DNA of 62,709 nucleotides, the filler included, from Thelocarpon superellum (taxonomy: Eukaryota), in NCBI GenBank assembly GCA_026025795.1. It is 3 parts of 3 records of this genome, joined end to end, with 100 filler letters (N's around TTAATTAATTAA, not from the genome) between each part and the next. Parts side by side here need not be neighbours in the genome. Positions count along the whole stretch, not along the records: positions 41,952 to 62,709 come from JAPEUG010000319.1; 2 more parts are not named here. One strand, given 5' to 3'. Numbering within the stretch: the first letter of the stretch is position 1; each line of letters begins with the position of its first letter. Positions 49,190 to 62,600 of this stretch are shown here, piece by piece. The notes beneath the pieces were generated by a model, which did no database searches, was not told the origin of the DNA, and was given only the letters and a program-made list of their open reading frames with translations. The position numbers were made by a program, and so were the translations under genes.

Positions 49190-52100
49190 TCACACGTTGA
49201 CGAACCATCGTCTCCTTTCTCCTTTCTTTCCCTTCTTGTCTTTGTCCTTGCCCTTTTGCTTTTCCTTTCCTTTTCCCTTGTCCTCATCCTGATCATTGTT
49301 TGTATCCTCTTCTTTCTCCTTCTCCTTCTCCTTCTCTTTTCCCTTTCCTTTGTCCTTCTCTGGGTTGTTTGGCTCGGTTGGCTCGGTGATTGCGGCGCTG
49401 CTTCCTCCCTCTGCCTTCTCCACAGGTGTAGTGGGCACGAGAGATGGCACAGCGGAGGTTGATGATGTGGTGGCCGTGGTTGAGATCGTCGGCGCCGTTG
49501 TGTTGACGGACGCGGCAGTGAGCGAGGCAGAGAGAGATGTGGATGGACGCGTGGTCGTGCTGCTGGCGCTTTCCAAAGGCCGCTTCTGCAGTGGCTGCGC
49601 AACGAATTGGTGCCAGCAACTATGTCATTGCCGTGGTTAGTCTGAGATACTCATGGGGAGCGGATTGAGAAGAATCTACTTCGGCGCTTGTAGCACGTAT
49701 CGAGCCATGGCCTCGCGGAACCGCGACTTGTACTCCTTGGGACTGGTCACGGTGGGTTTGTTGCGTCCGCCTCCAGCAAAGCCACGATCCTTGATCCACG
49801 ATTCCAGCTTCTTGTCCCACGTGTAGGTGCGGATGCAGTCTGCGATGCAGGTTAGTCAAAGCATGATACACTCGTGGGAATGAACCGACCGATGATGCCC
49901 ACCACCAACTCCTTGCGCACCTCGTCAATGGCGATCATCAACGAGTAGTCCATGACATTCTGCCGCGCCAGGAACAGCGTGTCGTTCCACACCGACGCCC
50001 GCAGCAGGTTCTTAGAATGTTCGCGCGCAAATAGGGGCGACTCGTAGATGAACTCGACCATGTTCTCGTCCAACAAGACCTCATTCTGCTCGCCCGTCGA
50101 CTCGATCTTGCGACCGCGCATCGACCCCTTCAAATCGAAGATGCGCGTCGGCACCCGGTCGTAGAAGAGGTTTTCCATGACCAGCACATCCCACTTGAGT
50201 TCCAATCCCGTCACGGGATTTTTGAGGATGATCTGGTAGAAGCCCAGCATCTTGGCGATGACCGTCGGCAGCTCGTGGAATAGCGCTTCCGACATGATTT
50301 GGAAGTACGCCGGTGCAAACTTCAAGAAGGCCTGCGTCTCCACGGCAGACAGGGACTTGAGCAACAGCCGTTGGTCCAGCGTCTTCAAGAAGACCGAGCG
50401 CGACTTGCCCCCTTTGGAATCCCACTTGACGCAGCGCGACAGGGACTCGACAACGCGGTCGGCCACGCCGCACTTGCGCCGCACCGCGTCAAACTGTTCG
50501 GCGTAAAAGACCTTGCAGAGCATCTTGGCCGAGCCCTCTTGGAACTGGTACTTGAGATGCGTCCCCGTGGGGCGGAGGAGTGAGCGCTCCACCGCAACCT
50601 GTTCGTCGCTATCAAACTCATGCTGATGCGGCGGAAGGCTGCGGCCGTGCCCGGCGGTATTGACGCCGTGCCCATTGGCGCCGACACCACCTCCTTCCGA
50701 GAGACGGCTGTCTTTCTGTTGGATGCTCGCGAGCTTGGTCTTGTAATCCCCCGAGCTGAGGGTAAAGGCGATGAGCGAGCTGGGCTCGTCCTCGCGCACG
50801 ATCACGTCCGAGTCGAGAAAGACGTGGTCCGACGCACTCAAGGGATACTCGAGCGGGGCCCAGCCACTCGCCGAGCGCTCGGCCCAGAAGTTACTGAGCA
50901 TGTCCATGAGCGATGACCTTTCGTGCTTGGGCAAGTCCAGCTTCAGGTCGATGGGCTGCGAGCCGTCCTTGGTCTCCAGTAGCGGCACGTCCACCTCCTC
51001 GGTCTCGACCTCACCCTCCGATGCGGTCTGACTGGCGCTCGTTGCCCCACCTTCGGGCGTCGGGTGGGCGCTGGTGCTCTCGGTCGAAATAGACGGATCC
51101 ACTGTGACCTGCGAGCCGCTGCTGGTCACCACCCCTTCCGTCAGGCTGCTGCCGCCCGTCTGGGAGGTCTCCGTGCTGGTCCGCACACGGCCCTCGGTCG
51201 TCGTCTCGTCGTCCGACGGCTCGCGTTCGTCGACGGCCTCGAGGGCATTGCGGTAGACCTCGACGACAGGCTTGGACGAGGCCATGGGCGTGGCGCGCGA
51301 CTGTCGTGATGTGGCGGCTCGGAGCCGTCGCTCTTGCTGCCGTTCCTTCTCGAATTCTCGGCTGAGTTGCTCGAAATGCTTGGCCAGCGCCGTCACGCGC
51401 GACTCATGCCGTCGTGATGGGATCGAGCGTGGAATGAAGGAATGACCTGAGCTTTTCTTGCCTCCCTTCAGCGCACTTACCGCGGCCAGCTCGGGTAGGT
51501 GGTCCATGACCCCTTTCGCTGCCTCCTCGGACTTGGGTGGCGCGCCGTTGCGCGCGTGCTGGCTACTGGGGAGACGGCGTAGGTGCGCCGGCTGCGACTT
51601 GGCACGGACCTGTGCCGAGGACGGCTCCGCGGTGGCCTTCCGTCGGACCTCTTCCGTCGGTCGAGGGATGGAAGAGCCGCGCGTGAGGCTGACTAGACCA
51701 GCTCCAGGACCCTTGTGATCCGACAGCGTGGGAAGTACACTCTTGGCGTCAGCGGCGGTACCACGTTCGCGCGTGTCTCCCGGGCTGGCCGGGCGCGAGG
51801 TCTCCGCTGCCACGGCCAGGTCGAGGTGGGAAATGCTGACACGAGCCGAGCCATCGGTAGTGCCATCGCCGCTGGGAGGGTCGCCGGACACATTCGGCGT
51901 GGGCGGCTGCGTAGCCTCCTGCTCGATGACGGCAGTCAAGACGTCGTGAGCTATGTCTCGAGAGACCTCGGTCGGCTTCGGCGTCAGCTCGAGCGCACCC
52001 GTGCCCGCCGCCGTTGACTCGGGTTCTTCAGCCTCGGACGGGGCGCCAGCCGGGCTCTCCTCAAGTGAGGGCGCCAGGGAGTCCTCGCGATCAAGGAAGA

Positions 52101-55100
52101 GCCGCTTCAGCTGCAGCGTGGCGAGCCGGCTGATATCTTTCTCCGATGGGAAGAAATCGGCATCAAAGTCGGCAAAGGCGGCGCCCCACTCGACCACCTT
52201 TTCCTGTAGGGCACGCACGACGCGGTTCATCGGGATGACCTCGTAGTAGCGTGAGCTCATATACGTGTCTTGCAAGTCCTGCCGCAGGTGCCCGTGATCC
52301 TGCTCAGCCCGTTGCCGCAGCCGCTCGATCTCGGCCCGACAGGCCTCGGCCTTGTCGGGTGCCACGCTCTCGGCGCTGATGCCGCCGATGCGACCGCTCA
52401 CCGAGTTCATGAAGCGGTCAATGCGGTCGCGCGCGCGATCGAAGAGGTCGTTCTTCAGCTGCAGATCGAGCTCAACTTTCCACGTGATGCGGGCGCGGGG
52501 GACGATGATCTCGAGGAGGTCGATTGGGTCGTAGTGCACTCGCAGGGCCACGTCCTTGTAGCCAAAGTAGCGTAGGTAGTCGCGGTGAAGGTCGTGTGGG
52601 CAGAAGCTAGCCCGCAGGCGCAGATCGCTGCTCCAGAAGGACAGCTCGAGGTACTTGCCGAAAGAGTATTTCCACGTGTTCTCTGACATGGGCATCACCT
52701 GCGTCTCCTTCTGACACACCTTGCAGTAGCTCCACATGAGGATGGTATCCTGTAGGCCTCGTAGCTTGCAGGGGCTCTTCTCCGTAAAGACGGTGATGCG
52801 GGCCTCGCCGTGCACGTAGGACCGATGGTGCTCAAACATGCCCTTGTCACAGCCGTGCACACTGCACGTGCCGTCCGCGCCCAGACAGAGATCCTCCACG
52901 TACTGCCCCAGAGTGCAGTCCGAGTCAAAATCCTCCTCCGGGTCCAGCTCGTTGTAGAAACCCCACGCGCGCAGATCCGGGCCGGCGCAGGGGATGGCGG
53001 TGGCGGTGCAGACGACGGTGTAGAGGACGACGATGTTTTGGTGGGCAAAGGGGTCGAAGAGATTGATGTTGCCAGCGATGTATGCCTCCCACTGCCGCTT
53101 CTGCGTCTCGTAGTTGTACAAGGCTTTGTCGTACTCCGCGTCGTGCACTGCGTGCAGCACCTCCATGACCTTGCGCGGCGCGTCCTGCACCGTCTCATGC
53201 ACCATCTCGGGCGTGATCAACTGGAAGTCCTGAGGCAGACCCTTCTCGTCGTCGGCCGCGCTCAACACCCGGTCCTGATCGCGCAGACGCTTCAGGTAGG
53301 CCAGTCGGCGTTCTTGCTCGCGCGCCCGCATGAGCAAGTACGGCTGCATGAACTTGACAAAGGGCGAGGCCGACAGGATTTTGGTCTCATGTTTCTCCAC
53401 CATGTCGGTGTAGAAGGTGGGCATGGGTACATCTTCAGGCACGCTATCCATGTGGGTGATCTTCGCCCGATCCTTCTCCGCCGCCGCAGGGACGGATCCC
53501 GGCTCCTGCGAGGCGGTGTCGCGCACGTCAGCGTTGGTCACATCGGCCGCGGACCTGGTCGTCTCAATGTGGTTCGTGACCGGCGAGGGCGCCGCAGCGG
53601 TGGCAATCACCGTGGCGGCATCCCGCGGCGGCGCCTCCACACGTTTGGCATTCGCGTCGAGCGCGTGGGCCTGGCTTCTCGTGACGCCGCCGGAGCGGAC
53701 GGCGCGGGAGGTGTCGTCGCCAGCGACGGTAGTGGGAGCGCTGGACGGGATCAGGACGAACTCGTCGCGCATGAGCGAGGTCTCCAGCTTGAGATTGTAG
53801 ACGACGTAGACCATGAACTCGGCGATGCGCTTGAGCTTGGCTAAGGCCTCAAGGGAGGCGCCGCGTAGGACGATGGTGCAGCCGAGATCGGGCGGACACC
53901 CGGAGATGTAGACGTAGCTCTTCTTGCCGGCTGCTAGCTGGCGATGCACGACGGTCTTGAGATCAAAGGCGGCGCTGCGACCGACGTTGACGGGCTTGAG
54001 CAGGAGCATATCCATGGAGTTGATAATGTCCGTCTGCGCGCAGCGTGACACGGCCTCGAGGACCGCGAGCTTCACGTTGTAGATGGTGGCGACGTTGGCT
54101 TCAGCCAGATACTGCAGCGCCAGACCGGAGACATTGCGCTGCACCAGGAGCAGCTGCGGCTTCAGGGCGACGATGCGGTTGACCATGTTACGCAGATACT
54201 CCTTTTCCTGCGCGATGATGGGCTCGAGGCTCATGAAATGCGGCTGGTGGCGTTGGAACTCTAGGGGAAAGGTGATGATGACGATGCGCGGCTGCGAGAT
54301 GCTCCGGCGCATGCTCTTGAGCGCCAAGTTCTTCGAGAAGACGACGCCGGACAAGTAGGCCGTGTCGGACGGGCGGCCGCCGGGAATGCGCTTGACCTTG
54401 ACGTAGTGCCGGATGTCCATGTCATCGCCGTGCCGGACGTCGGGGTTGACGTCGTCGGTGCACTGCAGCAGGATGGGGACCAGCGCGCGCTCCCATGCGT
54501 CGACGTTGGGGATGTCGGCGTCGTGCAGGAGCTGCCGGAGCAATTTGTGCACGTGCTGGAGGCTCGCCTTGTTGAGCTCGACGGCGGGCGCGACGGCCCC
54601 CGTCATGGAGGCGCTGCGGGTCATGCGGGTCATGCGTGGCCCGCCGGTCTTGGGCGGACTCTGGCCGGCACTGGCGATGCTCGGACTCGCCAGGGGATCA
54701 GTGACGGTGGTGCGCCGGCGCGAGGGCCGACGGGCCGGGACCGCCTTGTGGCTGCCCACGCTGATATCGTCGGCCTCGCGCCCCATGACGCTGGCCATGC
54801 TGCCGCTCTTTTCGCCCAGGCGGGCTCGTTGCTTACGGGCGGCGGCGAGGAGGCCACCGATGGAGGATTTGTCCTGGGGAAAGTTGCGGCTCTCGTCGTT
54901 CATCGTGGCGAAGATGTTGGCCTGCTCATCGGCGCTCGAGCCCTCGTCGGACATGTAGGGGGCAAGGTCGGGGTCGATGATGCTGTCATTGTGGAAGGCC
55001 GGTAAGCGAGTGCCCGCCTCGGAATCATCGGTGGGATTGCGATGGAAGGGCGCTTTGTCCTCTTGGATGGTCCGAATAGAGCGGGCGTGTTGATGGCGGG

Positions 55101-56778
55101 TACGATGGCGACGGTGAGCGCCGGCGTTGGCGGAGACGCGGCCACCGAAGGAGGTCTTGACCGATTTGGACGAGCCTGGACGGCTGCCGCTGTCTTCGGC
55201 GTCGATCTCCAGCACGGCGGAACGTCGGCCGGACGAGCCCCCGGCGCGGCGCGTGGCAGGAATGGCCATCATCGGGGTGGAAGCCGGGCGGGCCTCATCG
55301 ATAAACGACAGGCGACGGGGGGTGCCATCATCGCTCTCATCTGGACGGCGTGGCTGGAGCATGTCTTCGGCGACGGTGGCATGGTGCGTGATGGGGTGGG
55401 CGGACGGGAGGCGCATGGACGAGATGGTGGTGGCGGCGTCCGACTCGTCGGAGCCGGCGTAGACCTCGTCGATGATGCGTGTGCACCGCTTGCAGACTCG
55501 CAGCGTCCCCGCGAGGCCGAAGCGCTCACCGGAGATGAGGGAGGTGCATCGAGCGTCGAAGATCTGGCCGCAGATGCGACAATGATGCTTACGACGCCAG
55601 GTGGAGAAGGCCAGGCCACAGTCAAAACACTCCTTGCAGTTCTCGTCCCGCATCCAGAAGTCTTTGCTCAGAATGCGGCTCTTCAGCTCCTGGACCGCCG
55701 TGCTGGTATCGTCGTGACCCTCCTCCGGGATGAGCGCGTTCGATGGTGGTCGCCGGGGACCCCGTGGGCGGTCGGTATGGTTGCCGGTGGAGGCGCTGCG
55801 GATACTGGTGGCGGAATCGACCTCATCGTCACGTTCGCGTGCCTCCCGGAGGCGCTTCTTCCGCTGCCGGGCCGGGGTATCGCGCTCGGTGTCTTTGACA
55901 GGATCGGTCTCACGGTCATGGTTACCCGCGATGGCCCGCGGCGTTGCATCGGCCACCTTCACTCGCTCTGGAGTGACGGGCGGCTCGTCCGCGACGGGAT
56001 GCGCGGTCTTTGAAAGATGTAAGGGGTGCGAGGCGGCGGGGAGATCTGCCGACCGATCCTGATCGTGGACCGGACCCGTGGAGGCAGCGGATGTTTCCAT
56101 CTTCCTCGACGCCCGTGGTTTTGCTCCGCTCCCGGATGAGTCTTCTCTGCTGACCGCATCACTATTCTTGCGTGATCGGCTGCGCTTATCTTCGTCCCGC
56201 CAGGCGATGACGTTGACGGGGGCCAGGGTTGGGTTAGCCACCGCGGACGGCGTGGCCTTGGAAAAGGGGGCCACGGGCGCCTTGGACGCGGCCGATGCGG
56301 TGGTGTTGCTGGAGTTGCGGGAATACTTGGGCTCGTCCGCTTCCAAATGATCCGCTGTAACGTTGGTTGAGGTGCGTGAGGTCGAGGGTATTTTCTTAGC
56401 AGGCTTCGCCGACAGATCCACGGAGTCGGCGTCGGTCTCGGCTGCATCGGGGGTGACGGCACCGTTGCTGCTGGCGCCAACCGCGCCACGGAATCGGGTA
56501 TACAAGCCAGTCAGTCCGCTCGGGACCAGATCGGCTGTCAGACCCTTGGCATCAAGCGCGGTAGCGGGGGGTGGCTCCGCGAACTCGTTGAAGGTGGTGA
56601 GGGTGTCGGACTGTGAGGCGGAGGTGTGGATGTGATCGAGGGCTTGGGATAAGGCCTCTCGGTCGACCTGGCCAGTAGAAGAGAGGGAGGCAAAGGAGCC
56701 TCGTCGTGAGCGGCGACCGAGGGGGTTGAAGATAATGGAGGTCGAGGGCGAGGACTTGGTGCGGTCTGCTGGAGACAT
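49190..56778 (-). CDS. FAB1: 1-phosphatidylinositol-3-phosphate 5-kinase (Fab1/PIKfyve)
   Basis: FYVE ([14 protein letters not shown]...[10 protein letters not shown]), CCT-like domain, Cys/His-rich region, kinase [35 protein letters not shown]. Introns 49840-49889 and 49620-49679. Confidence 0.97.
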
Positions 56779-57384
56779 GATGGGAATGGTGGATGATCGT
56801 GGTAGGTATTGTGTCTTCCTGGGTTTCTTCTGTAGAGGATGAGGGGCAACGAGACAGCTCAGATGTCCTGAAGCCACCTCAAAGTATGTGTGTGCGTGTG
56901 CCAGTGCCACGTCGTCTGGTAGTGTTGGTGGTATTCTCCACCCCGACGCGGGGGTTCATGCCCATCGACGCTCACTGCATGCTGGCGTCCGACGGAGGGC
57001 GTTGTGGCATGGTCGACTCTACCTGCCGGGGAGCATGTGAGACGAGGTCAGCTCTACATAAGCTAGCTCGACGACCAACGGGAACGGGGCCATCGAGGGT
57101 TTCCCACATCGCGGGCTTTGGTGGTGAGGCCGATGACTTGATGCTCGAACTGATTGGCCGTACCTGTCGCCCCACGTCACCAAACAGCCGGAGAAGCTCG
57201 TTACGGGCGACCAGGCGTGCCAAAAGTGCGGAATGTTCTCGATATTAATCAGCAGCATGTAACGAGGGGAGCGAGGGGTGCGACCGACATTAGATGGGGG
57301 GCGGATCTCTCGCGTGTAGGCAGATCTTCCGTCCCACCGTCCTCCAAGACCCGAGCACACGTCTCGGCCACAGGTGCGGAATAA

Positions 57385-57426
57385 CTATGACTATGACTAT
57401 GACTATGACTATGACTATGGCTATGG
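57385..57426. repeat. (ATGACT)n/(ATGGCT) hexamer repeat
   Basis: Seen directly in the FAB1-KP4 intergenic region. Confidence 0.9.
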
Positions 57427-58121
57427 CGGTCACACTGATGAGACGCAGTATCTCAGCAGATCACGGTGCAGGCATAAGTCGAGCATATCCCATGCATAAC
57501 CCGCGGACAGTGGTGAGGCCTTGGAACAAGAGCGCTCAAACATGCTGAATGTCTGCCGAGACATACTGCATTCGTTAATCGCTCTAGCTCTCGAAGCTGT
57601 GCGGCCTCATTGCACCTTCTCATCCCTGGACTAATTTATCTCAGACAGATGGCGCTTGCTGGGCACTCCTCACGGTCGACACACCTGGCCACGATAGCTT
57701 ATCCCATATAGGTGTGACAGATTGTGTGGGTTATGCAAGCAGCTCTCCCCTCCTTCAAGTGTCAATGCACCTCGTGTGGAGCGACAATGCTCTCTCAGCA
57801 TCGCCGGGCCAGAATCACGATGCGCCCGTACACGACGAAAATAGCATCACCAACGGCAATCGGGAACGGCTGGAGAAGAAACATGTTGTGAGGCCGATGT
57901 TTCATGACTGGGTGCGATATGATGGAACCAGACCTGGCCCTTCTCCCGGAGTGTATATACCTCAGGTTTTCTCGATTCTCGACGCGATACTCTGGTCTTG
58001 TCTAGGACTCACTTTAATATCCCAAGACACATCTTCCGTTTCGTACTTTGCTCTCTCGTCCACCTCCAACCTTTCTCATTCTCTCTCCTGCGTCTTCATC
58101 TATCATCCTACTATTTCCATC

Positions 58122-58784
58122 ATGCGTTTCGCCGCTCTCGTCCGTCCCAATGCAATCTTCGCTCTGGCGGCTTTGACTAGCGCGTCAGCCCTGGCTGCGG
58201 GCGCCGGCGACCTCACGGCACGCGATGGGCAGACGAGTTGCCAGGGAGCCATATCGGGGGCGTGCCCCTCGTCGTCGACGGGAATCATAAGCAAGCTCCA
58301 GGGCTACCTCCAATCCCTCGACCCGGCGGGAGAGTACTACGAAAAACGTCCATTGGCGTGTCAGTCATCCATCCCGCGCCAGGGCTATCGCGTGCGAGTC
58401 ACGCAGCACTATTGCGTTCGCATCATGACAAGCAGCACGACCGACACCACCAGCGTGGCTACCGCGGAAATCTTGGCGGGCATGGAGCGGATTGTGAGCC
58501 AGGGATGTCAAACGTGTGGCGAAACTGATGTGAACGCCCAGCTGTTCAGCACCCTCGGCCAGAATCTCACCGGCGTCTTGACGGTCGATTTGGCTCCAAC
58601 GGACAACTGTGGGGTGGATGGGCTCTGTCCCCACATCGGCTATTCCACGCCACTACCCCCCAATTCTCCATCTTTATCTGCTGTCGAGCCCTCTTCCGGA
58701 GCTGCAGGCGTTGGAACTCCGGGATCTTTTTCGCCTCTTGACCCCTCTGCCAGAGATGCAGGCAACGGAACCTCGCCTTCGTGA
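58122..58784 (+). CDS. Secreted 8-Cys KP4 killer-toxin-like protein with Ser/Pro/Gly tail
   Basis: Signal peptide MRFAALVRPNAIFALAALTSASA, then SCQG..GAC, LDPAGEYYEKRPLAC, YC, IVSQGCQTCG, GVLTVD, C...C. This matches the KP4 pattern (CRG..C ... HGCxxCG ... G.LTVN). TATATA at 57954-57959. Confidence 0.72.
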   Translation: MRFAALVRPNAIFALAALTSASALAAGAGDLTARDGQTSCQGAISGACPSSSTGIISKLQGYLQSLDPAGEYYEKRPLACQSSIPRQGYRVRVTQHYCVRIMTSSTTDTTSVATAEILAGMERIVSQGCQTCGETDVNAQLFSTLGQNLTGVLTVDLAPTDNCGVDGLCPHIGYSTPLPPNSPSLSAVEPSSGAAGVGTPGSFSPLDPSARDAGNGTSPS

Positions 58785-58963
58785 AACCAAACGTCAGGCG
58801 CAGGCACAGCTTCTGGGGCGTAGGAAGATCAATCTGGCGGAGGGGAATGGCCGCTGTCCTATCCAGGAGCCAGACGAGGCCCAGCGTGGCCAGGTCATGA
58901 CTGGTTGCCCGTCAGTTGACTGCCGTGGGAAGAGTAGTAACATCTTCAGACCGGCGTCTTGGG

Positions 58964-59071
58964 TGTAGGAATCAGAGCTGAATTGCTAATCTACGCGAAG
59001 TCTGGGATAGTAATAGGAGTGGGCACGTGACCAGATCACGTGCGCGCTCAGATCACGTGCGAGCTCCTACA
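58964..59071. mobile_element. 108-bp non-autonomous element, copy 2, TSD TGGG
   Basis: Perfect 7-bp TIR TGTAGGA/TCCTACA, TGGG at 58960-58963 and 59072-59075, internal 17-bp tandem duplication relative to copy 1. Confidence 0.87.
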
Positions 59072-59609
59072 TGGGAATATCTTACTCATGTGAACCTTGA
59101 AACCACCACGATACATTCCCAAGCGAGAGACCAAGCGAGGGCGAGGGACCAAGCGAGAGAGCAGACGACTAATGCATAACTATGGGCCAACTTGCGCACT
59201 TTGGCTTTCGCGGCCCTCTTACACTTCAAGTCCAGCGTACCGCAGGTGCCAGGTGCGCAGCTATTCGTATGTCGTAGCGCTCGCGGGCTCCGCTCGGCTG
59301 ACTTCGCGTCGGCTACACGTCGAGCTTGCGCGCGTCGATTTGAGTGGGGAGGCAGAGAGGAGAAGTTCTAGCTGCAGGTTCATCCTCCAGCATGCCACTT
59401 AGGTGCAGCGCGAGCAGTCCATTAAGGGTCGAACCTGAGAGACTGGACTGGGCCGATCTGTCCAAAACGGCAGCTTTGTGAAGACGCGATTGCGGATCCC
59501 CTGATGCAATTGTCACCCACAGCTTCCCACCCATTTGATGCTACGGCATGCTGCGTGATCGCCCAACCGATCCTCGCAGGAGGCAGATCACCTCGTGTCA
59601 ACACCTACC

Positions 59610-62600
59610 ATGGATGAACTACGCGACTGGTTGAAGCCGGTGATCATTAACGCATTCAGCGAGGCCCTCAAATGGAAAGCCCAGGCCCCAGAGCGAGCGC
59701 AAGTGAGTCGCAAGCGGGTCTATCACGATGATGGCACGACCCTCAAGGTCGTGATTGGCCACAAGACGCTGCAACCGTCGCGCCATGTTGTCCAGATCCA
59801 CGATGTAACTGGCCCGCTTTCTTCCCACTCGTGATGGTCCCTGACCGATTCAAGATGCAGTTCTTGCACGGGGGCGAGCTGCACCACGCGCGAGTGTCCG
59901 ACTCGGTCACGTATGTGAACGCCGTCATTCATGGCCCCGCCCTCGCCTCCGCCGGCCAGGGCGACACCTTGCAGTCCAAGCCGGAGCGGAGTAAAGGCGC
60001 ATATCTGTGGATCCGTGGCCTGGAGCTCCTCATCCGCACTGGCACGAAGGGTGATGCGCGAGTCCAGCTCCGCATCTCCGACGCGGAACATCTGGGCGGT
60101 GCCGGCGATAAGCTCGGTGGTCGTCCGATTTCCATCGTTGCGTACCCTCAGACCGCCTTGCTCCTGCACAACCTCGAGAGATTGCGAGAGCCGAAGACGC
60201 TGGGGAACACGGCATCGGAGACGGCTGAGACCGACAATTCCCCATCGCATCCGACCAGTCAGCATCGCTCAGCTGCAGGCTCAGCTACGGAAGCGGTCGA
60301 GACCAGCACGGAAAGTCAATCCGCACTCGCGACCCAGGTCCCGAGGACTCAAGCCCGTGAGCGTTCGGCTGCGTCATCGGTCGACGTAGGCCAGGAACTG
60401 CGCGACCATCTTCGCCGACTGGCGTCGAATCGAGATCCAGGGAAACCTGCATCCTCCTCGTCTATCGCCGACGTGGCATCTGCGACGACAGTAGCAGAAA
60501 CCCCGCGGGAGGAACCTGGAAGTCGCACCGCTCGGGATAGCGAAACGGCTAGAAGTCCTGCAACAGAAGTTGAGGAGGTAAAATCGCCCCATGCATCGAC
60601 CTCAGCGGATCTGCATAAGGGGCGAGAAGAAGAGAACGAAACCAGGTCCATCGAAGAAGACCCTTGGAAGGTAGGCGCCTGTCAAGCCCTTCGATTCTGA
60701 CCATATCTGACGGTCGCTGCAAAGGGCATATCCCGCATTCGCCGCCGAGAGATCCAAATCCCCAAGGATCAATTGGCCCTCCTAAATCGGCCGACGTCCT
60801 GGATTCCTCCACCTCCGGGTCACAGCTCGCCGCGGAGAAATGTTCCGATCTCTCTGCTCGCGGTGTGGAACGAGGAAGTCGATCGTGACGCACGGCGGTC
60901 GCGCCGGCTCGCCGAGGGCTCCCCGCAGTCCCCGCTCCCTCGAAGGGCTTCGTCCCTTAGTGCGACACACAATCGGGGGACCTCGGTGGGATCTGACGGT
61001 CTGGAAGACGAATATGCTAGCGATGGAGACGAGTCGGAACCCGCGTCCTGGTCTCCCAGTCCTCCTCGACTTACGCTGGGCGAACTACCCCCGGATAGTC
61101 CCCTGATAAGCGTCGGGCGTCATACTCGTGATCAGAGTACCGTTGCCGTCAACGAAGATTCCTTCTCTCCTTGTGCAAAGCGGCGGCGGCTGGATGTCAC
61201 GGTCGACGATCAGAGACCGAGCCAGCCGGACCAAGATACGCCACCAACACCCGAAGCGACCGCTTCGCCGAGCGCGACTGGCAGATCATCACCAACCGCT
61301 TCTACCGGCGAGACAAGGAAATCGACGAAGCTCAGTTTACCACACGTCGCAGCAGAACCGGCCATACAGCAGCCTCACCTCACCGGGCGATCGTCGACGC
61401 ACGAGACCGGCTCAGGGCTGACAGGGTCTGTGGGTCAGGATGCCCAGTACGACCGTGACCAAGCCTTCTTGGTCCCTTCAAACTCAGACGACGAAGAGCC
61501 GGCGCTGGAGGCTTCGGTTCCGCTGGCGATCAACCATCTCGCCTCTAGTTCCCTGTCGGAACCTCCACCTGGTCAGGGATCGGGCCACACGCTGACCCCA
61601 ACGGCATCCAGCGCCATGTCAGAGCGCCTCGTTTCCACTTCACTCGGCGAACTGGCCACGCCCAGTCCCAACCGGCCTCTCAAGGATGCTAGCGTGGGAT
61701 TATCACCCTTGAGCCAACTTCTGGAGTGGCTTCCTTCTCAGACGTCACATGAAGCGGGGCACGCGTCTAATCGAACGAGCATGTCGGATCTCTTGGGACA
61801 CAACGGGGTGCAGGATATAAATCAACGGTCCGCATCTCATGCGAGATTGGGCTCACCCGAGCGTGGGAGCCCGATACGTCCAGCAATTGAAGCAGAGGAG
61901 GAAGCGGATCATGGTGCGTGTAGGGGCGCGAAGCGCAAGGCCTCTTCCACCGAAGTCTTTCCCCTCTTGAAGCGAGCAAGAGAAGAAAGACAGCGGCGAT
62001 CGAAGTCAAGAGTGCACGAGGACGGGGATGAGGCAAAGAGGAGCCCCGGACATGGTCGTTGGGACGGCGTATCCGTACGAGCCTGCATTCAAGATGAGGC
62101 CCACGGCGCTCCCTCGCGGACCCCTCATCACCAGGGCCAATCGCGGCCGGCCCGAATCGCATCCCCCCGGCCAACGCGGGGTGCGCGCACCAATGACCTG
62201 ACCATCGCCGCGGGTTCCGAAAAGGTCACCCTCTACGAGAAGTTCCAGCGAGCATATCCCGACTATCCAGCGCCGCTCAAGACCTTTGTGGGTAGCTGTG
62301 CGTATGTAGAATGGCTCGTGGGGGAGCAACAGATGGAACATCGGTCCTTGTGGGACGATTTCGTCTATCGACAGGCGACGGACTACCCGGAGTGGAAGGC
62401 AAAGCGGGCAAGCCGCGGCCAGCTGGAGATTCCCTACGAGACCTTCTACCGCGAGGAGATTGACGAATCGATGCGTACGAAGCGCATCCTCTCGCCCAAC
62501 AATCTCGCGGAGGCCCTGGAGCTCGATCCGATCGCCGCGGGCTTGATGCGATATCGGACCATCCCTGCGATTAGGTCCAGAACCCGAGGACGGCTTCCAT

